Positions 39,415 to 54,306 of a DNA stretch of 64,000 bases are shown here, piece by piece. The stretch lies in assembly GCA_033442325.1 (NCBI GenBank), contig JAWQFM010000002.1, positions 737,865-801,864 of the forward strand, written 5' to 3'. Position numbers and translations under genes: made by a program. Position 1 is the first letter of the stretch. Each line of letters opens with the position of its first letter. The notes under the pieces were generated by a model. That model searched no databases, was not told where the DNA came from, and worked only from the letters and a program-made list of their open reading frames with translations. The DNA comes from Salpingoeca rosetta. Lineage: Eukaryota; Protista; Choanoflagellata.

Positions 39415-40963
39415 TCACTCGGCCTTGGTGTCCTCAGGCGTGTCCTCGGGCTCAAACTCAATGATCACCTCCTCATCATCCAGCGTGTCCCCAGTCTGTA
39501 AGATGCAACAAAGGGCGATCAACATAGCGTGAGTGCAACTGTACATGGTGCCACCACCACAAAGGTACGCCGAACCCACAAACACAACACAACACAACAC
39601 CGCAAACGCCACACCGCTTCGCTGTGAAACACACCTTGAAGTGGATCTTGGCAATCTTGCCGGCACGAGGGGCGCGCAGCTGGTTCTGCATCTTCATCGC
39701 CTCCACAACAGCAACCTCCTGGCCCTCAACAACCGTGTCGCCCTCCTTCACGTTGAGAGAGACGAGTGTGCCTGGCATCGGGGTGAGAATCATGTCGTCG
39801 AGGTTCTTCTTGGGCTTCTCGGGGAAGATCTTGAAGCTCTGCTCCTCAACCTCAGTGCGGACTTGGACGTCGTACTGCACAGCAATAGCGCAACAGCAGC
39901 ACGGTCAAGGCGGTGAGGCGTCGCATGGGCAAAACAAGCCCCCAAGTCGCGTGCATGACGAAGCAACACACCAAACACCAGGCATGGCGCACGACCACCA
40001 CAACCCCTCAGTGACCTCTTTCCACAACGCCACCACACCCGACACTCCTCACAACCACTGTCATCTCCCTCATCACCACCATCTGCCATCCCGCCATCAT
40101 CATCAGCATCACCATCACGGGTGTACGTACCGGGGTACCGTGGTGGATGATGGTGTACTTGCCCGGGCCCTTTGGCTCGACCTGCAGCGTGACCGCATTG
40201 CCGTCCACGGCTGCGCGGAAGACAGGGTCGCCCATGCGCCAGTCAATCGCATCCATGTAAATCTCCTCGCCCTCGTGCTCAAGCTTGAGTGCATCCTCAA
40301 ACAGGTGGCCGAGCACGCGGTGGGTGGTGCCGTTGATGCTGATGACAAGGTCCTCCGAGTAGAAGAGTGTCTCGGGGAGGTTGGACACGTTGTAGATGCG
40401 CTGCTTGTACAGCATCTGGCGGTAGTACACCTCGGTCACTGCAGCGAGCACCTGCTCCGTCTCCTTTGCCGTCAGCGTGTGGCCTGCAAAGGTTTGCGTG
40501 GTGTCGTGTCGTGTTGTGTCGTGTTGTGTCGTGTTGTGTGTGTGTGTGTGCGGAAGAGGGTGTTTGCGGTTGGGTGAGAGAATGAACAGGAAGCCAGGTG
40601 CGTGTGCGTGCGTGCAAGCGCTGCAGTGTGGTCGGTGCAGCCAGCATCTTCGTAGTGAAGGCAGCCACGTCATCAACTGGCGCCGCCCGCTCACCGGTGA
40701 AGCCATTGGGGTACTCCTCCTCAAGGAACTTGGTCGTCGTGTCGCCAGCGATGAAGCGTGGGTGCGCATACAGCTCGCGCAGCAGCGGGATGTTGTGCTT
40801 CACACCTGCATGAGATAGAGACGAAGTGGAAGTGGTGGTGGTGGTGTTGAATTCATGGACGTGAGGAATTGAAAGCAACATGGGGAATGTGTGGGCGCGT
40901 GAGAGACGTCAGTGGAAAAAACCAGTGGGCAAGTTGTGGATGGTGTCAAAGGGCATGTGTGCA

Positions 40964-41031
<68 letters not shown>

Positions 41032-44000
41032 GCGCTTGTTGAAGAGCACACGCACCACGAATGACGTAGCTGTCGAGGGCGTTGTTCATCAACTTAAGCG
41101 CCTCCGTGCGGTCCTGACAATGGCGATGGCAGACAGCAGTTTGGTGCATATTATTGCAATGGCGGTGCGCTGGTTGGTTGGACGTGCAAACAAGATGCAA
41201 TTTGCCCCACCGACCTTTCACACTACTACAGTAAACACCAACCAGAAGCCAGCAAGTGCATGCGTGCGTGTGCATCAACCAACACGCAGGTGCATGCTTG
41301 CTTGAGTTGTTGTACCTTGCCGTGAGTGATGAGCTTGCAGATCATAGGATCGTAGAACATGCTGATCTCACCGCCCTCGAACACGCCAGAGTCAACGCGG
41401 ACACCGTTGCCCTGTGCAACCGAACAGATACGCATGGACGAGAAAGAGAAAGGGAGATAGATAGAGAAAGCAAGAGGGGAGTCGGCGGAAGTGGGGTTCG
41501 TGTCATTGCGAGCAACGACGGCCAATTTGGAAAGAGGAGCGAATATGAGCGTTATCATGTTTTAAGAAAGATGGCTCAGTCGTGATGTGATGGAACGGTG
41601 GTAAAGAATATCACAGCCACATTTCAACCTTGTTCAAACCCCCCTCCCCCTGTCAAGGACACACGACACTAATCACCCACGACAATGTGCTGTGCGCGTA
41701 CCGTCTCTGGCTCCCTGTAATGGGTGAGGAGACCTGTGGAGGGGAGGTACTTGGCCGGGTCCTCGGCGTACACACGCGACTCAATCGCCCACCCGTTGAT
41801 GCCAATGTCGTCCTGCGTCACGCTCATGGGCTTGCCTGGCAGTGGTGAGAGAAGGGAGGTGGGGGATGGGGTGATTGGGGTGACAGACGTGAGGCCGGTG
41901 TAGAGGTGTGCATGTGCTGCGCGTGTGCTGCGCGTGTGTATGCATGTGTGTATGCATATGCATGTGCATACACGTGTGTATGTATAAAGATATATATATG
42001 TATATATGTGTGTGTGTGTATGTGTGTGCGTGCATGTATGTATGTGCGTGCATGTCTGTATGTGCATGTGTGCGTGCATGGCCCGGACCTGCAGCAATGT
42101 GGATCATCTCCTCGACGAGGTCAACACCGGTGATCATCTCCGTGACCGGGTGCTCCACCTGCAGCCGCGTGTTCATCTCGCAGAAGTAGAAGTTGCGCTG
42201 CGAGTCAACAAGGAACTCAACCGTGCCTACAACAAGAATGGTCAGAGAGGACACGAATGTGAGGTGGCTGTAAAAACGACGTCACGAGACGGGACGACTG
42301 GCAGTTGAAGAGAATCACAGCGGCGTATTACCTGCAGAGACGTAGTCGACGGCGCGAGCGAGTGCACACGCCTGCTCGCCCATGGCCTTGCGCGTTGCCT
42401 CGTCAAGGAACGTGCTGGGAGCCTCCTCAATCACCTGCCATGCACAGGGGACGTAAAGCGGACAGAACGCCATGGATTAGATGGTGGGGAAAGGTGGTGG
42501 GTGGTGTGTGGACGAGGCATGAATTGGATGGAGTCCATCGACATGGCACAGAGAGCCCATCGAGGGGCACGAGGAGAGGGGAGGAGGTGATAGCACACCA
42601 TGCAACCGTGATCAACGTGATCATGGTTTGGGCAACATCGCCACGTGTGTGACATGTGTGACATGTGTGCTCGTACCTTCTGGTTGCGGCGCTGGATGGA
42701 GCACTCGCGCTCGTTGAGGTAGACCGTGTTGCCATGCGTATCTGCCAGCACCTGTCACGTCACACAAGGGGGAAGTGGATCGTGGTTATGGTCGTCACGA
42801 GGTCGGGGGGGAGGGGGGGTGCGAAGGGGTGAGTGGATGGATGAGGAAATTGATGATCAGGTGGGGGAAGAGTGTCCAACACGGCAGCGTGGTACACCAC
42901 AATTCAACGCCATGTGTGTCGAGCAAAGCATGTGTGGGTGGGTAGCGGTGCGCTGCCAACCTGGATCTCGATGTGGCGGGGCTCGTCGATGAACTTCTCA
43001 ATGAGCAGGCGGTCGTCGCCAAAGCTCGCCTTTGCCTCTGCAGTTTACGTTGCACGTTGCGTGCACGAGCATCAGAGATGCAACCAAACTGGCATTCTCT
43101 CGGGTAGAGCGGTGAACATCGCATGCACGCACATATACACAACACACACAACACACAACACACACAACACACAACACAACATAACACTACACGCATACAC
43201 ACATACACACATACACACATACACACATACACACAACGCACACAACATAACATAACACAACACAACATAACACAACACAACATAACACAACACAACACAA
43301 CACACATACACACGTACGCACACGACTTACCCTGGGAAGACATCCTGAAGCCCTCGCGCGTCTCCTTGTCGTTCCAAGCAACACGCATGCCCTTGCCACC
43401 ACCACCAGCGGAGGCCTTGATCATCACGGGGTAGCCAATCTGGTTCGCAATCTCAACAGCATGGTCCGCATCCTGCACACGGCGGCCAGGGTGAGACGAA
43501 CAGGGAATGGGTTGGCATGGGTTTGGTGTCAGGGGATGGACGCGTTGATGAGAGGAGGTAAGACAGTTGCACGAAGCCACGCAAACGCACACACACACGC
43601 ACACACACGCACACACACGCACACACACACACACACTTGCACACATGATGCACACATGATGCACACAATACACACACGTACGTTGACGACGCCGGAGTAA
43701 CCGGGGATGATGTTGACGCCAGCGTTCTCAGCGCAGATCTTGCTCTCAATCTTGTCACCCATAATCTGGTAATGTGACACAAAGCACGTGCAGCGACCGG
43801 GTGAGACAAAGTGTGTGTGTGTGTGTGTGTGTGTTGCCTGTTTGACAAAGGACAGCATTGGCGAGCGACTGCAGGGAGACACAGGGAACTTGCACATACA
43901 TACAACGCAGCTTCACATCAACGCACACGAACGCAAGTGACACACACCTCGATGGCGTGGGCGTTGGGGCCAATGAACGCAACACCAAGCTCCTGCAGCC

Positions 44001-44627
44001 GCATGGCAAAGTGCTTGTTCTCGGAGAGGAAACCATAGCCGGGGTGGACAGCCTGCGCGCCGGTGAGCTGGATGGCCTCGATGATGCGGTCCTCGCGAAG
44101 ATAGCTCTCCGCAGAGGGAGCAGGCCCAAGCAGGAACTTCTCGTCAGCCATGCGCACGTGCATCTGGTTGGTTGATACAAGTGTCATGAGTGTGTGTATG
44201 TGTGTGTGAGTGTGTGTGTGTGTGGTGAATATGTGCATGCGTGAGTGGTGGGGGAGAAGGGATGGGATGATGAGGGCAGGGTGAGCGGAGCAAGATGCAA
44301 GAATGAGCAGAAGAGGGAGGTGAACGATAGACAAAGGGGTCATGCACGAGGACGTGTTTTGGGGTGCCACACAACTGCAACAACCTGCACACGCCCATGA
44401 GGTGTCAAGCAAGGACGCAGGTGTGCGGCCAAGGCTTACCGCTTCGGCGTCCACGTCGCTGTGCACAGCAACGGTGCTGATGCCGAGCTTCTTGCACGAG
44501 CGGATCACGCGGCAGGCAATCTCGCCACGGTTGGCAATGAGAATCTTGTCAAACGGCTGTTGGCAAGTGTGTGAATTGGGAGAACAGGGATTCATAAGAC
44601 CTCTTGGTGGCGGTGGTATTTATGTGT

Positions 44628-44673
<46 letters not shown>

Positions 44674-45204
44674 TGTGTGTCTGTGTGTCTGTGTGTCTGT
44701 GTGTGTGATGGTCGGTGGTGGTGTGGTGATTGGCAACCAAGAAGACAAGCAAGAATGTCGCAATAGTGCATGCCAGCGGTCAAGGGGAGGAACGTACCTT
44801 GGCATCGGAGGAAGCATAGCGCTTGCTGTGTGCCTGTGCAAACACGACGCGCGACGAGCTCTGTACACCACACACACACACACATACACATAAACATACA
44901 CACACATACACACACACACACACAAACACACGTGCACACACAAGGGGGTCGGCAGTGGACAACAAGAGGTCAGCGTGCGTTGGCATGTGGGCTGCAAGCA
45001 TTAAGGTCCACAAGCACGCACAAGGTGTTGGGTGTCTGCTTGCTCTTCTGCCTTGGAAACACCAGAGACACACCAGAAAACACTCCCTAATTCCCTCCAC
45101 AATCCAGTTCTCTTGTAACCTCCCCCTTCACCCCAACAAACACTTACTCGGGAAGCGTGCGCCGCCGAGGGCAACAAGCGCCAAAGCGCAGCAGCAGCAC
45201 TCAT
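39415..45204 (-). CDS. PCCA: Propionyl-CoA carboxylase alpha chain, mitochondrial
   Basis: Transit-like [11 protein letters not shown]; [110 protein letters not shown]; biotinylation motif EAMKMQN. Confidence 0.92.
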
Positions 45205-45649
45205 GGGTGGTGGTGGTTGTCAGTGGTGAGGCGAGATTGCATGCGATAAGTGTGCGTGCAACAAACGCACAGACTGCAGAGAAGCACACAGCGCTCACGA
45301 AACGATAAATTTTTTTTTACATTAATTTTTTTTCCTCCTTCTCCACGCACAGAAGAAGAACCAGAAGTGAAGCAAGAGGTGAGATGCGAGATGTGAGGAC
45401 GGTTTGGTTGGGGTGTGGGAGTTGCTTGATGACAATGATGATGGTGTGGTTGTGGTTGTGGTTGTGGTTGTGGTTGTGGTTGTGTTGGGAGATAGGATCA
45501 GAGCACCACCACGGTGCCGCCACAGTGTGATGGACAGAAGCTCACGCTTGGTTTTTGCTGACGCCCCTTCTTTGTGAACCACAACAACAGGAACAACACA
45601 ACATCACCACTGCCCACGTGTCGACACCAAGCATCAGCCACGCCTCATC

Positions 45650-46746
45650 ATGCTTGATTTGCTACTGGACCCCGCGATTCGCGCGTGGGTTGTGATCCCG
45701 ATCTTCATCATCACGTTTTGTGTTGGCCTGTGTCGCCACTATGTGAGCCAGCTCATCGCGTCCACCCCACAGCTGGACCGCGATGTCCTCATGCGCACGT
45801 GAGTGTGTCTGTGTGTGTCTGTGTGTGTGTGTGAGTGTGTGTGTGTGTCTGTGTGTGTCTGTGTGTGTGTTTGTCTGTTCTCTGTGTGTGTGTTTGCGCA
45901 CATGCGTACATGCGTGCGTGATGATGTGATGATGTGTTGTGATTGCCCGTCCGTCTGTCTGTCTGCATGTGGTTCTCACTGCGCACGATGCACCATGCAC
46001 CATGCGCTGCACACGTGGCAACGCTCACACTGGCAGACAACTGCTCCAACGCGCTCGGCTCCTGCGCGCCAACGGGAGATTCCTGCCTGCAGCGGTACGT
46101 GTGCGTGCGTCCGCATGTTCTCTCTCCCCCGCCTCTGCCCTGGTGCGCCTCATCTCATAACTGCACGCTCTGCAACTGTGGCTATTGCTGTGTGTACTCA
46201 TTCAACACCCATTGGCCATGTACCACAGGCGTTCAACGCACGCAAGCAGTACTTCATCTCAGAGAAGAACGGCGTTCTCACCAAGAAGAAGGAAGAACAC
46301 AAGGACGACGCGCCCGTCAACCCCATGCAAGGTGACCACCGCCACTTTTCCTCGTTTGTACGTACTTGCGTGCCACATGGACACACACACACACAACACT
46401 GCTCGTCACCACTGCTCTCACCTCCGCCCTTCTACTTTGTGTGCATGTGTATGTGCGCGCTTGTGCTTTGCGTATCTGTTGCTCGTCACGCTGCAGATCC
46501 AAGCATGATGATGAACATGGTCAAGGGACAAGCCATCAACTATGTGCCCATGGTTGTTGTCATGAGCCTCATCAGCTGGGCGTTTTCCGGTTTCGTCATC
46601 AGTACGTTGCCCACATCTACGCACTGCGCGTGTGTGGCTGTGTATGTGTATGTGTCTGTGATTGGATGTGTCTGTGGGTGTGTGTGGGTGTGGGTGTGTG
46701 TGTGTGTGTGTGGGTGTGTGTGTGTGTGTGTGTGATTGGATGTATC

Positions 46747-46778
<32 letters not shown>

Positions 46779-47261
46779 TGCATGCGCCCTTTTCTGCCCT
46801 GCCTTCAGCCCTTCTTGATCAACCTGCACGCATTTTGTGTGACCCTGGCTCACGTGACGTTCTCTTTTGCACCCGATGATTATGTGTTGTTGGTGTTGTT
46901 TGCCTGCCCGCCCTGTAGTCAAGGTGCCATTTCCCTTGACCATTGCCTTCAAGCCGATGCTGCAGCGAGGCATTGCCCTCAGTACCCTCAGCGCATCCTG
47001 GTGCGTTCATGGCTGTCAGTCCACATCTTGTCCTGCTTTGTGTATGGCTGTCTGTGTGTGTGTGGGTGTGTGTGGGTGTGTCTCTGTGTGCGTGTGTGTC
47101 TGTGTGTATGTGCCTGTGTGCGTGTGTGTGTGTGTCTGTGTGTCTGTGTGTCTGTGTGCGTGTGTCTCTCTGTGCGTGTGACTCTGTGTGTCTGTGCCTG
47201 TGTGTGTGTGTGTGTCTCTGTGTGCGTGTCTCTGTGCTCAGCATGTCCTACCAGCGCAGTC

Positions 47262-47293
<32 letters not shown>

Positions 47294-47882
47294 CATCACC
47301 ATCATCATCATCTCTCATGCACCTCACCACGTCCTGCTGCTGTCTTGTCTGTCCACAGGGTGAGCTCCATGTCCTTCTACCTGACATGTGTCTTTGGTCT
47401 TCGTGGGCTCTACTCCCTCGTCCTCGGCTCCGCCAACTGTGAGTTGCCCACATGGATTTGTGGGTGTGGGGGTGTGTGTGGGTGTTGCGACACACACACA
47501 CACACGTGCACACATTGTCACACACTCACACACATCGTTTTCTGCGTCTCTGCTGTCTGTCAAATGATACGTCCTCCTCCCTTTCCCTTCCCCCCCCCTT
47601 TCCCTTCTCGCCCCGTTCCCCCCCCCCCTCACCCTACCCTTGCCCCTTCCTCCTTCTCCCTTCATAGACGTGGATGAGACGAGTGCCATGCTCCAGCAGC
47701 AGCAGGCCATGGCACGCCAGCCACAGCAGCCGGGGAAGCTGTACCAGGCAGAGTACGATGCCCTGCAGGTGAGCTCGCACGACTGGGCGCTCAACCCTCG
47801 CTCCGAGGATGACGACGATGGTATGGGCTTCAAGGATGACCTCGCCCTTGTGGAGAAGAACCTCCTCGCCAGCTGGCAGTAA
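45650..47882 (+). CDS. EMC3: ER membrane protein complex subunit 3 (TMEM111)
   Basis: [15 protein letters not shown]...[54 protein letters not shown]...[12 protein letters not shown]. Confidence 0.93.
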
Positions 47883-48471
47883 GACCCGCGGGTGAACCGC
47901 GGACAACGTGCTGCACGTCGTGCGGCACGCGCGCAACCCTGCTTCTTGTTGTTCGCCCCTTTCCTTACTCCCCTGCAATGTGTGTGGGGCCGAGAGAGTG
48001 CGTGGGTGGGTGACACCTAGTCATGCAGCTACCAGTACATCAACCAACCAGCCAGTGAATGAGCAGTGGATGAGATGCAGTGGCGAGTTGTATGCAACCA
48101 ACAGTCAAGACTCAATCAACAAACGCAGCCAACCACAAACAAACAGAATCAGCGTGATGATGAAAATCTGTTGAAAATTTGGCTGATTTTCTCCTGTTGC
48201 CTGCAAGGAACGGCTCTGCTGCTGGTCGTTTTTCGAGTGGCACGAAATTCGTTGCTTGGCTGGGTCGTGGGTGGTGCAACGGCGGTGTATTGGTTGTTGA
48301 GCTGGTGGCACTCGTGTGTTTGTTGTGTGTTTGTTGTCTATACTGCACACACACACACATACACTCATACACATACACACGGCAGTTCTGTGTCTTAACA
48401 ACATTGACACCATATTGTGTTTGACGCTACCAAACACAAAGAGAGTAACAACAACAACAACCAACAACAAC

Positions 48472-51139
48472 ATGGCCGTGAAGAAATCAGGTGCGTGCGT
48501 GGAGTACTGATGTTGTTGTTGTTGTTGTTTGTTGTTGTCGTTCTTCCTCTTCTTCTTCGGTACTGCTGCTTGGTGCTGCTGCAGCGCAGGCACCTGCACA
48601 AGCCTCTCTACGCCAGCTAGCGTTGCCTTTCTGCTGTCAAAAAGCAACAGTTGACTCGTCTCTTCCACACCAACCAACAAACCAAGCACGCCATCCCCAA
48701 ACCAACACACTCACATGTCACACTTCACTCACACCCCACACACGCGCGCATCATTTGCAGAGGCGTACGAGGCACTGCAGCAGCTGACAAGGCTGCGCAA
48801 TGCAACAGAGGACGAGAGCTTGATCGAGGACATTGATCGGCTCACGAGCGTCATGAAGAGCAAGCTCTTCATCGCCCTCCTCGGTGCGCCACGTGCAATC
48901 CCTTTTCTCTGGCTGTTTGGTTCATGCAAGAATGTACCCCTTCTCTACCTAGCGCTTCGTGTCCGTGCACCCTACTTGACCCCCCTTCCCGCCGCCGCGT
49001 CAACCTTTCTTTTACACTTGTTTTGCTTGCAAGCAAGCAAGCACCGCTGCGCTCTTGCCGCACACTAACAGTGGCATTGCTGCGATTGTGCGTTGCTGTT
49101 CGCGTGTGGATGCAGAGGTGCAAGACATGTTTGAGCAGCGATTTGTCTCCGGCACACCAGGCACATCTGCGATGGGGTCTGCGAGCACACAGCAGCAGCG
49201 GGCAGGGCGAGGTCCAAGCGGGCCGAGCAGAGCAGACCTGGAATGGGAGGACGCATTTGACTTTGGCTCGGAGGGTGCCAGGAACGACCAGGATGGCGAC
49301 ATCACTTCGCCTGAATTTGTTGAGGAAATCGAAGAAGTCAACCTCGTCTACGGCCCATCGGGGATTGGCATCTCCATTGCTGGCGGCATCGATCGACCCT
49401 TCCTCGTAAGTGCACTTGCGTACTTGTCCTCCTGTATCACCTCTCCTCCTGTACCAGTGCCTGTCTTGCAGCTCATGACAGCGCACTGCGCAGGTCTTGG
49501 CCGCTCGCGATGCTGACCACTGCATTAATATGGCCTCCAACACACGCGCTAGTCACTGTAGCCACTCTCCGTTTCCTCTAACTTTCCGCTATGCCTCTGT
49601 TTGTGTGCGTGCGCGCTTGTGTTTTTACATGCAGGACAACGACACATCCATCTTCGTCACGGGGCTGGTGCCGGGCGGTGCGGCAGAGGCCAACGGTCGC
49701 ATCTTCGCGGGTGACATGATCATGTCTATCAACGGAGAGTCATGCGAGAACCGCCAGCATCACGAGATTGTGCAGATGCTGCGCAACACCGACAATTTGC
49801 AAATCGTGGTTGCTCACAACGCCCTACAGAGACGAAAGGCGCTGGCCAGGCGAAAGACCAGGCAGCAACAACAACAGCAGCCACAACAGCACCACCCACA
49901 GCAGGCACCGCCGGAACCAACGCCCATCGATTTGCAGCGGCTCAACGGAGGCCTCGGGTTCACCATTGCAGGTGGCAAAGACACGCCCCACGTGGCTGGC
50001 GATGATGGCATCTTCATCACCAAGATCATTGATGGCGGTGCTGCTGACGAGGACGGCCGGCTTGCTGTCGGCGACAAGATTGTCTCTGTTGGCGGCAAAT
50101 CCATCGTCGGTTGGAAGCACGATGTACGTTTGAGGGTTGACGAACGAGGAATGGGGAAGAGGGAAACTTGGGCTTGCAAGCCCATGCTGTCCTGGTGCGT
50201 CTCCTGTTTCCGGACTCGTTCACACAGACTTGCCCGCGTGTCGTGTGTGGTGGTGACTCCACAGCACCACCTTCAATCACTTCAGTCACCCTTGCAATCT
50301 TCTACTTAACTCATGACTGAAGTGTGTGCTGACCGGCCACTTGCTTGCGCGCCCTTTGCTTCTTGCTGTTGCTTTAGGATGTGGTGCAAGAGCTGCAGGC
50401 ATCGCCGCAAGTGGTACAGCTTGGGATCGAGAAGAACGCATACAACAAGGCTGCAGAAGGGCTCAGTCAGAGCCTAGGCTTCAAGGACAACCCTCCAGCC
50501 AAGGTGCAGCCGTGTGACGATTGTTATGCGTGTTGATTTCCTTTTCTGGTTGATGTCGTGCAATCGCACTGCTGTGAATACGCGGGAAGGACTAGCGTGA
50601 CGAGTTTCAAGTCTCCCAATCTCACCGCGCGTGTTTGCATTTCCTCAACCATCGCTATCGCTGACAGTTTTCAAAGTCTGGCACGTTGTTATCGCTGGGA
50701 ACAACCAAGCCCGAAGATGGTTCCCTGCCTGCCTCATCGGCGGTCCTCAGAACGGATCACCCAAGCAGAACCGTGCACGTCCACCCTTCTGCAAAAGGTC
50801 CGGTTGTGTGTGTCTGTGTGTTTGTGTCTGTGTATGTATGTGTGTCCGCGTGTCTGCGTGTGTGTGCCTGTGACCTCTGGGGGTGGCTTTATCGTGCGCT
50901 TTCTCGCTGAGAGTGCATGTTGAATGGCCCGGCCGTGTGCTGTCACATCACGCCTTACGTCTTTCTCAACACCACACCTGCTATCCACGGAACAACAGGG
51001 AGCCTTGGCATGGCGATTGTTGGCCCATCATCTGCGCGGCCCACAGGCGACAACGAGCCCTCGGGCGTCTTTATCTCAAGCATCACAGAGGGTGGCCCTG
51101 CACAAGCGGTGTGTCGCTTGTCTGTGTGTCTGTCTGTTC

Positions 51140-51185
<46 letters not shown>

Positions 51186-51557
51186 GCGTGTGCGTGCGCG
51201 TGCGAGCGTGTGTCTGGCTATTCCTGTGCCCGTGTTGGCGTGCATCCATGTCCCTGGTTGCTTTTCTGTTCTCATTCATACCCGCACCACCGCCTTTTTC
51301 GTTTCGCCCAACTGCCAGACTGGCGACCTGTTTGAAGGAGACCAGGTTCTGTCTGTGAATGGCATCGACATGACAAACGCAACGTATGTGCAGGCAACAG
51401 ACATCATCCGAGCCAACTGCAAGTCGGCACTCGAGCTTGTTGTTCGTGCAAACCCAGATGTGTACGCACTGTACAAGGCCAAGATGGCAAAGCTGCAGAA
51501 GCGGTTTGTCGACGACAGAAAACAGCGCACCAGGGTGAGCCACAACACGCGTGTGCA

Positions 51558-51616
<59 letters not shown>

Positions 51617-52754
51617 ATGTGCGTGTGTGTGTGTGCCTGTCTGCACGCCTGTCGTGTCCAACTGTCACATCGTGGCCGCGCACACGCCGACTCGACTGCC
51701 TGACACACTCTGGCGCGAATGTGTTTGCGCAGGAGAACACAATGCCCGACAGCATCTGTGTGCGCGCGCTGTTTGACTACGATCCCGGCTCAGACACAGG
51801 CCTCACCACAAAGGAAAAGAAGAAAAAGCTCTTGCAGTACGTAGCTACTCCTGCTGTGCACGTGTGGGGATGCGTGTGAGTGAGTGTGGGTGTGCGTATG
51901 GATGATTGTATCTTTGTGCGCGCTTGTTGTTCGTTGCGAATACTGTGCGTGTTGACTTTCAGCTCTGCTTACGCCGCGTGTACATGGCCTACCAACAGAG
52001 TGCATCTGAATGATGTGTTCATCATGATCGAGTGGAAGGCGAACAAAGATTGGTGGGAGGTTGAGAACGTCAACAACAACGACCGCGGCTGGGTTCCAAG
52101 CCCTCACAGGTGCGCGCGTGTTGTGTGTGTGAATGTGTTGTGTGCGCGTGTTGTGTGTGTGTGTGTGTGTGTGTTGTGTGTGTGTGTAGCCTTGCTTCTT
52201 GTGACTCCTCTTGTCCCATACTGTATGTCATTGACTGCATGCTGCGAGTCGAGTCCCAATAACATCATCCAAACGCCCCCACCCCCCCCCCCCTTTCTCT
52301 GTCACACAACCACCACCATCACACCGCGCCACAACGCAGGTGGCACCGCCTGCACGGCCACGTGTACCCGAGCGGCCGTGCCTACGACGCCGCCAAGTCC
52401 GATGCTGCCAAGGGTGGTCTCAAGAAGCGCAGTCGCTCCTTCCGCTTCGCTCGGTGCGTCTTGTGTTTGTATGCGTGCGTGTTTGCATGTGTTTGTATGC
52501 GTGCGTGTTTGCATGTGTGTGTGTGTGCGTGCATGTTCGCCGTACACATTCGACCTTCGGCGGTTCCTGCGTTTACGGCTCCTTCCAGTGCTGTGTGACT
52601 CTCACCACTTTAAACATCCCCTGAACTTGAAATGCTTTGCAGACGATTGTCGTTCTCTCGACGGCGCAAGTCCAAGACGCCAACCCCGGTCACCTGCTAC
52701 GAGATTGTGGAGCAACACCAACAGACACGTATGTACCACTGGCTGCAATCAAGG

Positions 52755-52785
<31 letters not shown>

Positions 52786-53893
52786 CGAGCGTGCGTGTTT
52801 TTGCCTGTTGTGTCAACGTGTCGAGTGCTGACTGACACGGCAATTGACGCCCCACGCAACACCACCAATGCAGCGGATGTGATTCGTCCTGTGATTCTCC
52901 TTGGACCTTCCAAGGATGAGCTGACAGACATGCTGTTTGCCGAGTTCCCTGAGCTCTTTGGCAGCTGCGTCCCACACACAACCCGGCCGCCACGTGAAGG
53001 CGAGGTCCATGGTGAGTGCAAGACACTGCTTGTGCGTCTGCTTGATTTTGTTTGCTCATGCTTATGCTTGCACTTGCACTCGCGCGTTTGCGTGCGCGTG
53101 CGTGTGTCTGCTTGCTTGCTTGGTTCTGCTTGCATCCTCCCCTCCCTCTCTTCACCTGCCGTTTCTCCCTCTGTCACTCTTATCTCCCTGCTCACCCTCC
53201 CTCTCACAACAACCATCGTAGGCGAGGACTACCTGTTCACGACGCAAGAGAAGATGGCGGCTGGCATTGAAGCTGGCGACTTTATTGAGGCCGGGCAGTA
53301 CCTCAACCACCTCTACGGAACAAGCTTCGCCTCACTGCAGGACGTGATTCGCGAAGGGCGCGTGTGCATCTTGGATGTGAGTGCGCACGCCATTGAGCAC
53401 CTGAAGCGGAAGGACATACACCCAATTGTGGTCTTTGTCAAGCCTGCGTCGCTCTCCGTGGTTAAGCAGCAGAACCCGCAGCTGGACGAATCAACAGCCC
53501 GCACCGTCTTTGACCTTGCAGATGAGTGCGTGCCTTTGCGTGGTTGATACATTGCTAATGTGCGTGGCCTGGTTGGGTGGTTTTGGTTTTGNNNNNNNNN
53601 NNNNNNNNNNNNNNNNNNNNNNNNNNNNNNNNNNNNNNNNNNNNNNNNNNNNNNNNNNNNNNNNNNNNNNNNNNNNNNNNNNNNNNNNNNNAAAAAATAT
53701 ATGATAAATAGTGGTGACCTAACTTTATTAATCGGCACAATGTTTAGTAATCGTGCGATTGAATACCTTCAATCGGACACACTCAAAAACGCAAGAATCG
53801 AAGTGTATTGGTGTGTGGTCTTTTGCCGATATATGTCTGTGTGCGTGTGTGTGTGTGTGTGTGTGTATGTGTGCGTGTGTGTGCGTGTGTGTA

Positions 53894-53976
<83 letters not shown>

Positions 53977-54306
53977 ACGTGTGTGTGTCAGGGCAAGGTG
54001 CCTGGGTGCACGCCAGTCGCGGTCGCTCTGTGCGTTTTATGCAACGCAGTAGTCGCACCGTTGCGTATCAGAGCGCCTTGCCATCATCCGCTTGCTCACT
54101 CATTCCCCCCCCGGGGCCTTTTTTTCCGCCCCTACTACATTCCTCAGGTGTTCAAGGACTTCCGGCACCAGTTTACGCAGGTGGTGGTGAACCAAGACAT
54201 GAGCCAGACATACCACCGTGTCGTGCAAACCATTCGCCGCCAGAGCAAGGAGCCATACTGGGCTGCGGCCAAGGACCAGGCACAACTCGCCTCTTTTGTC
54301 GCCTAG
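48472..54306 (+). CDS. DLG: Discs large MAGUK (L27, three PDZ, SH3, guanylate kinase-like)
   Basis: L27: EAYEALQQL...IDRLTSVMKSKLFIALL. PDZ loops: GIGISIAGGIDRP, GLGFTIAGGKDTPH, SLGMAIVG. SH3: VRALFDYDP...WW...GWVPS. GK: RPVILLGPSKD...FGSCVPHTTRPPRE...FIEAGQYLNHLYGTS. A gap lies in the last intron. Confidence 0.95.
53592..53691. other. Assembly gap (100 N)
   Basis: N run. Confidence 1.

Noticed and set aside
53692-53830. AT-rich islands after gaps (also 62846-63010) that look foreign
   Set aside because: These are low-quality contig ends with no coding or element signature.
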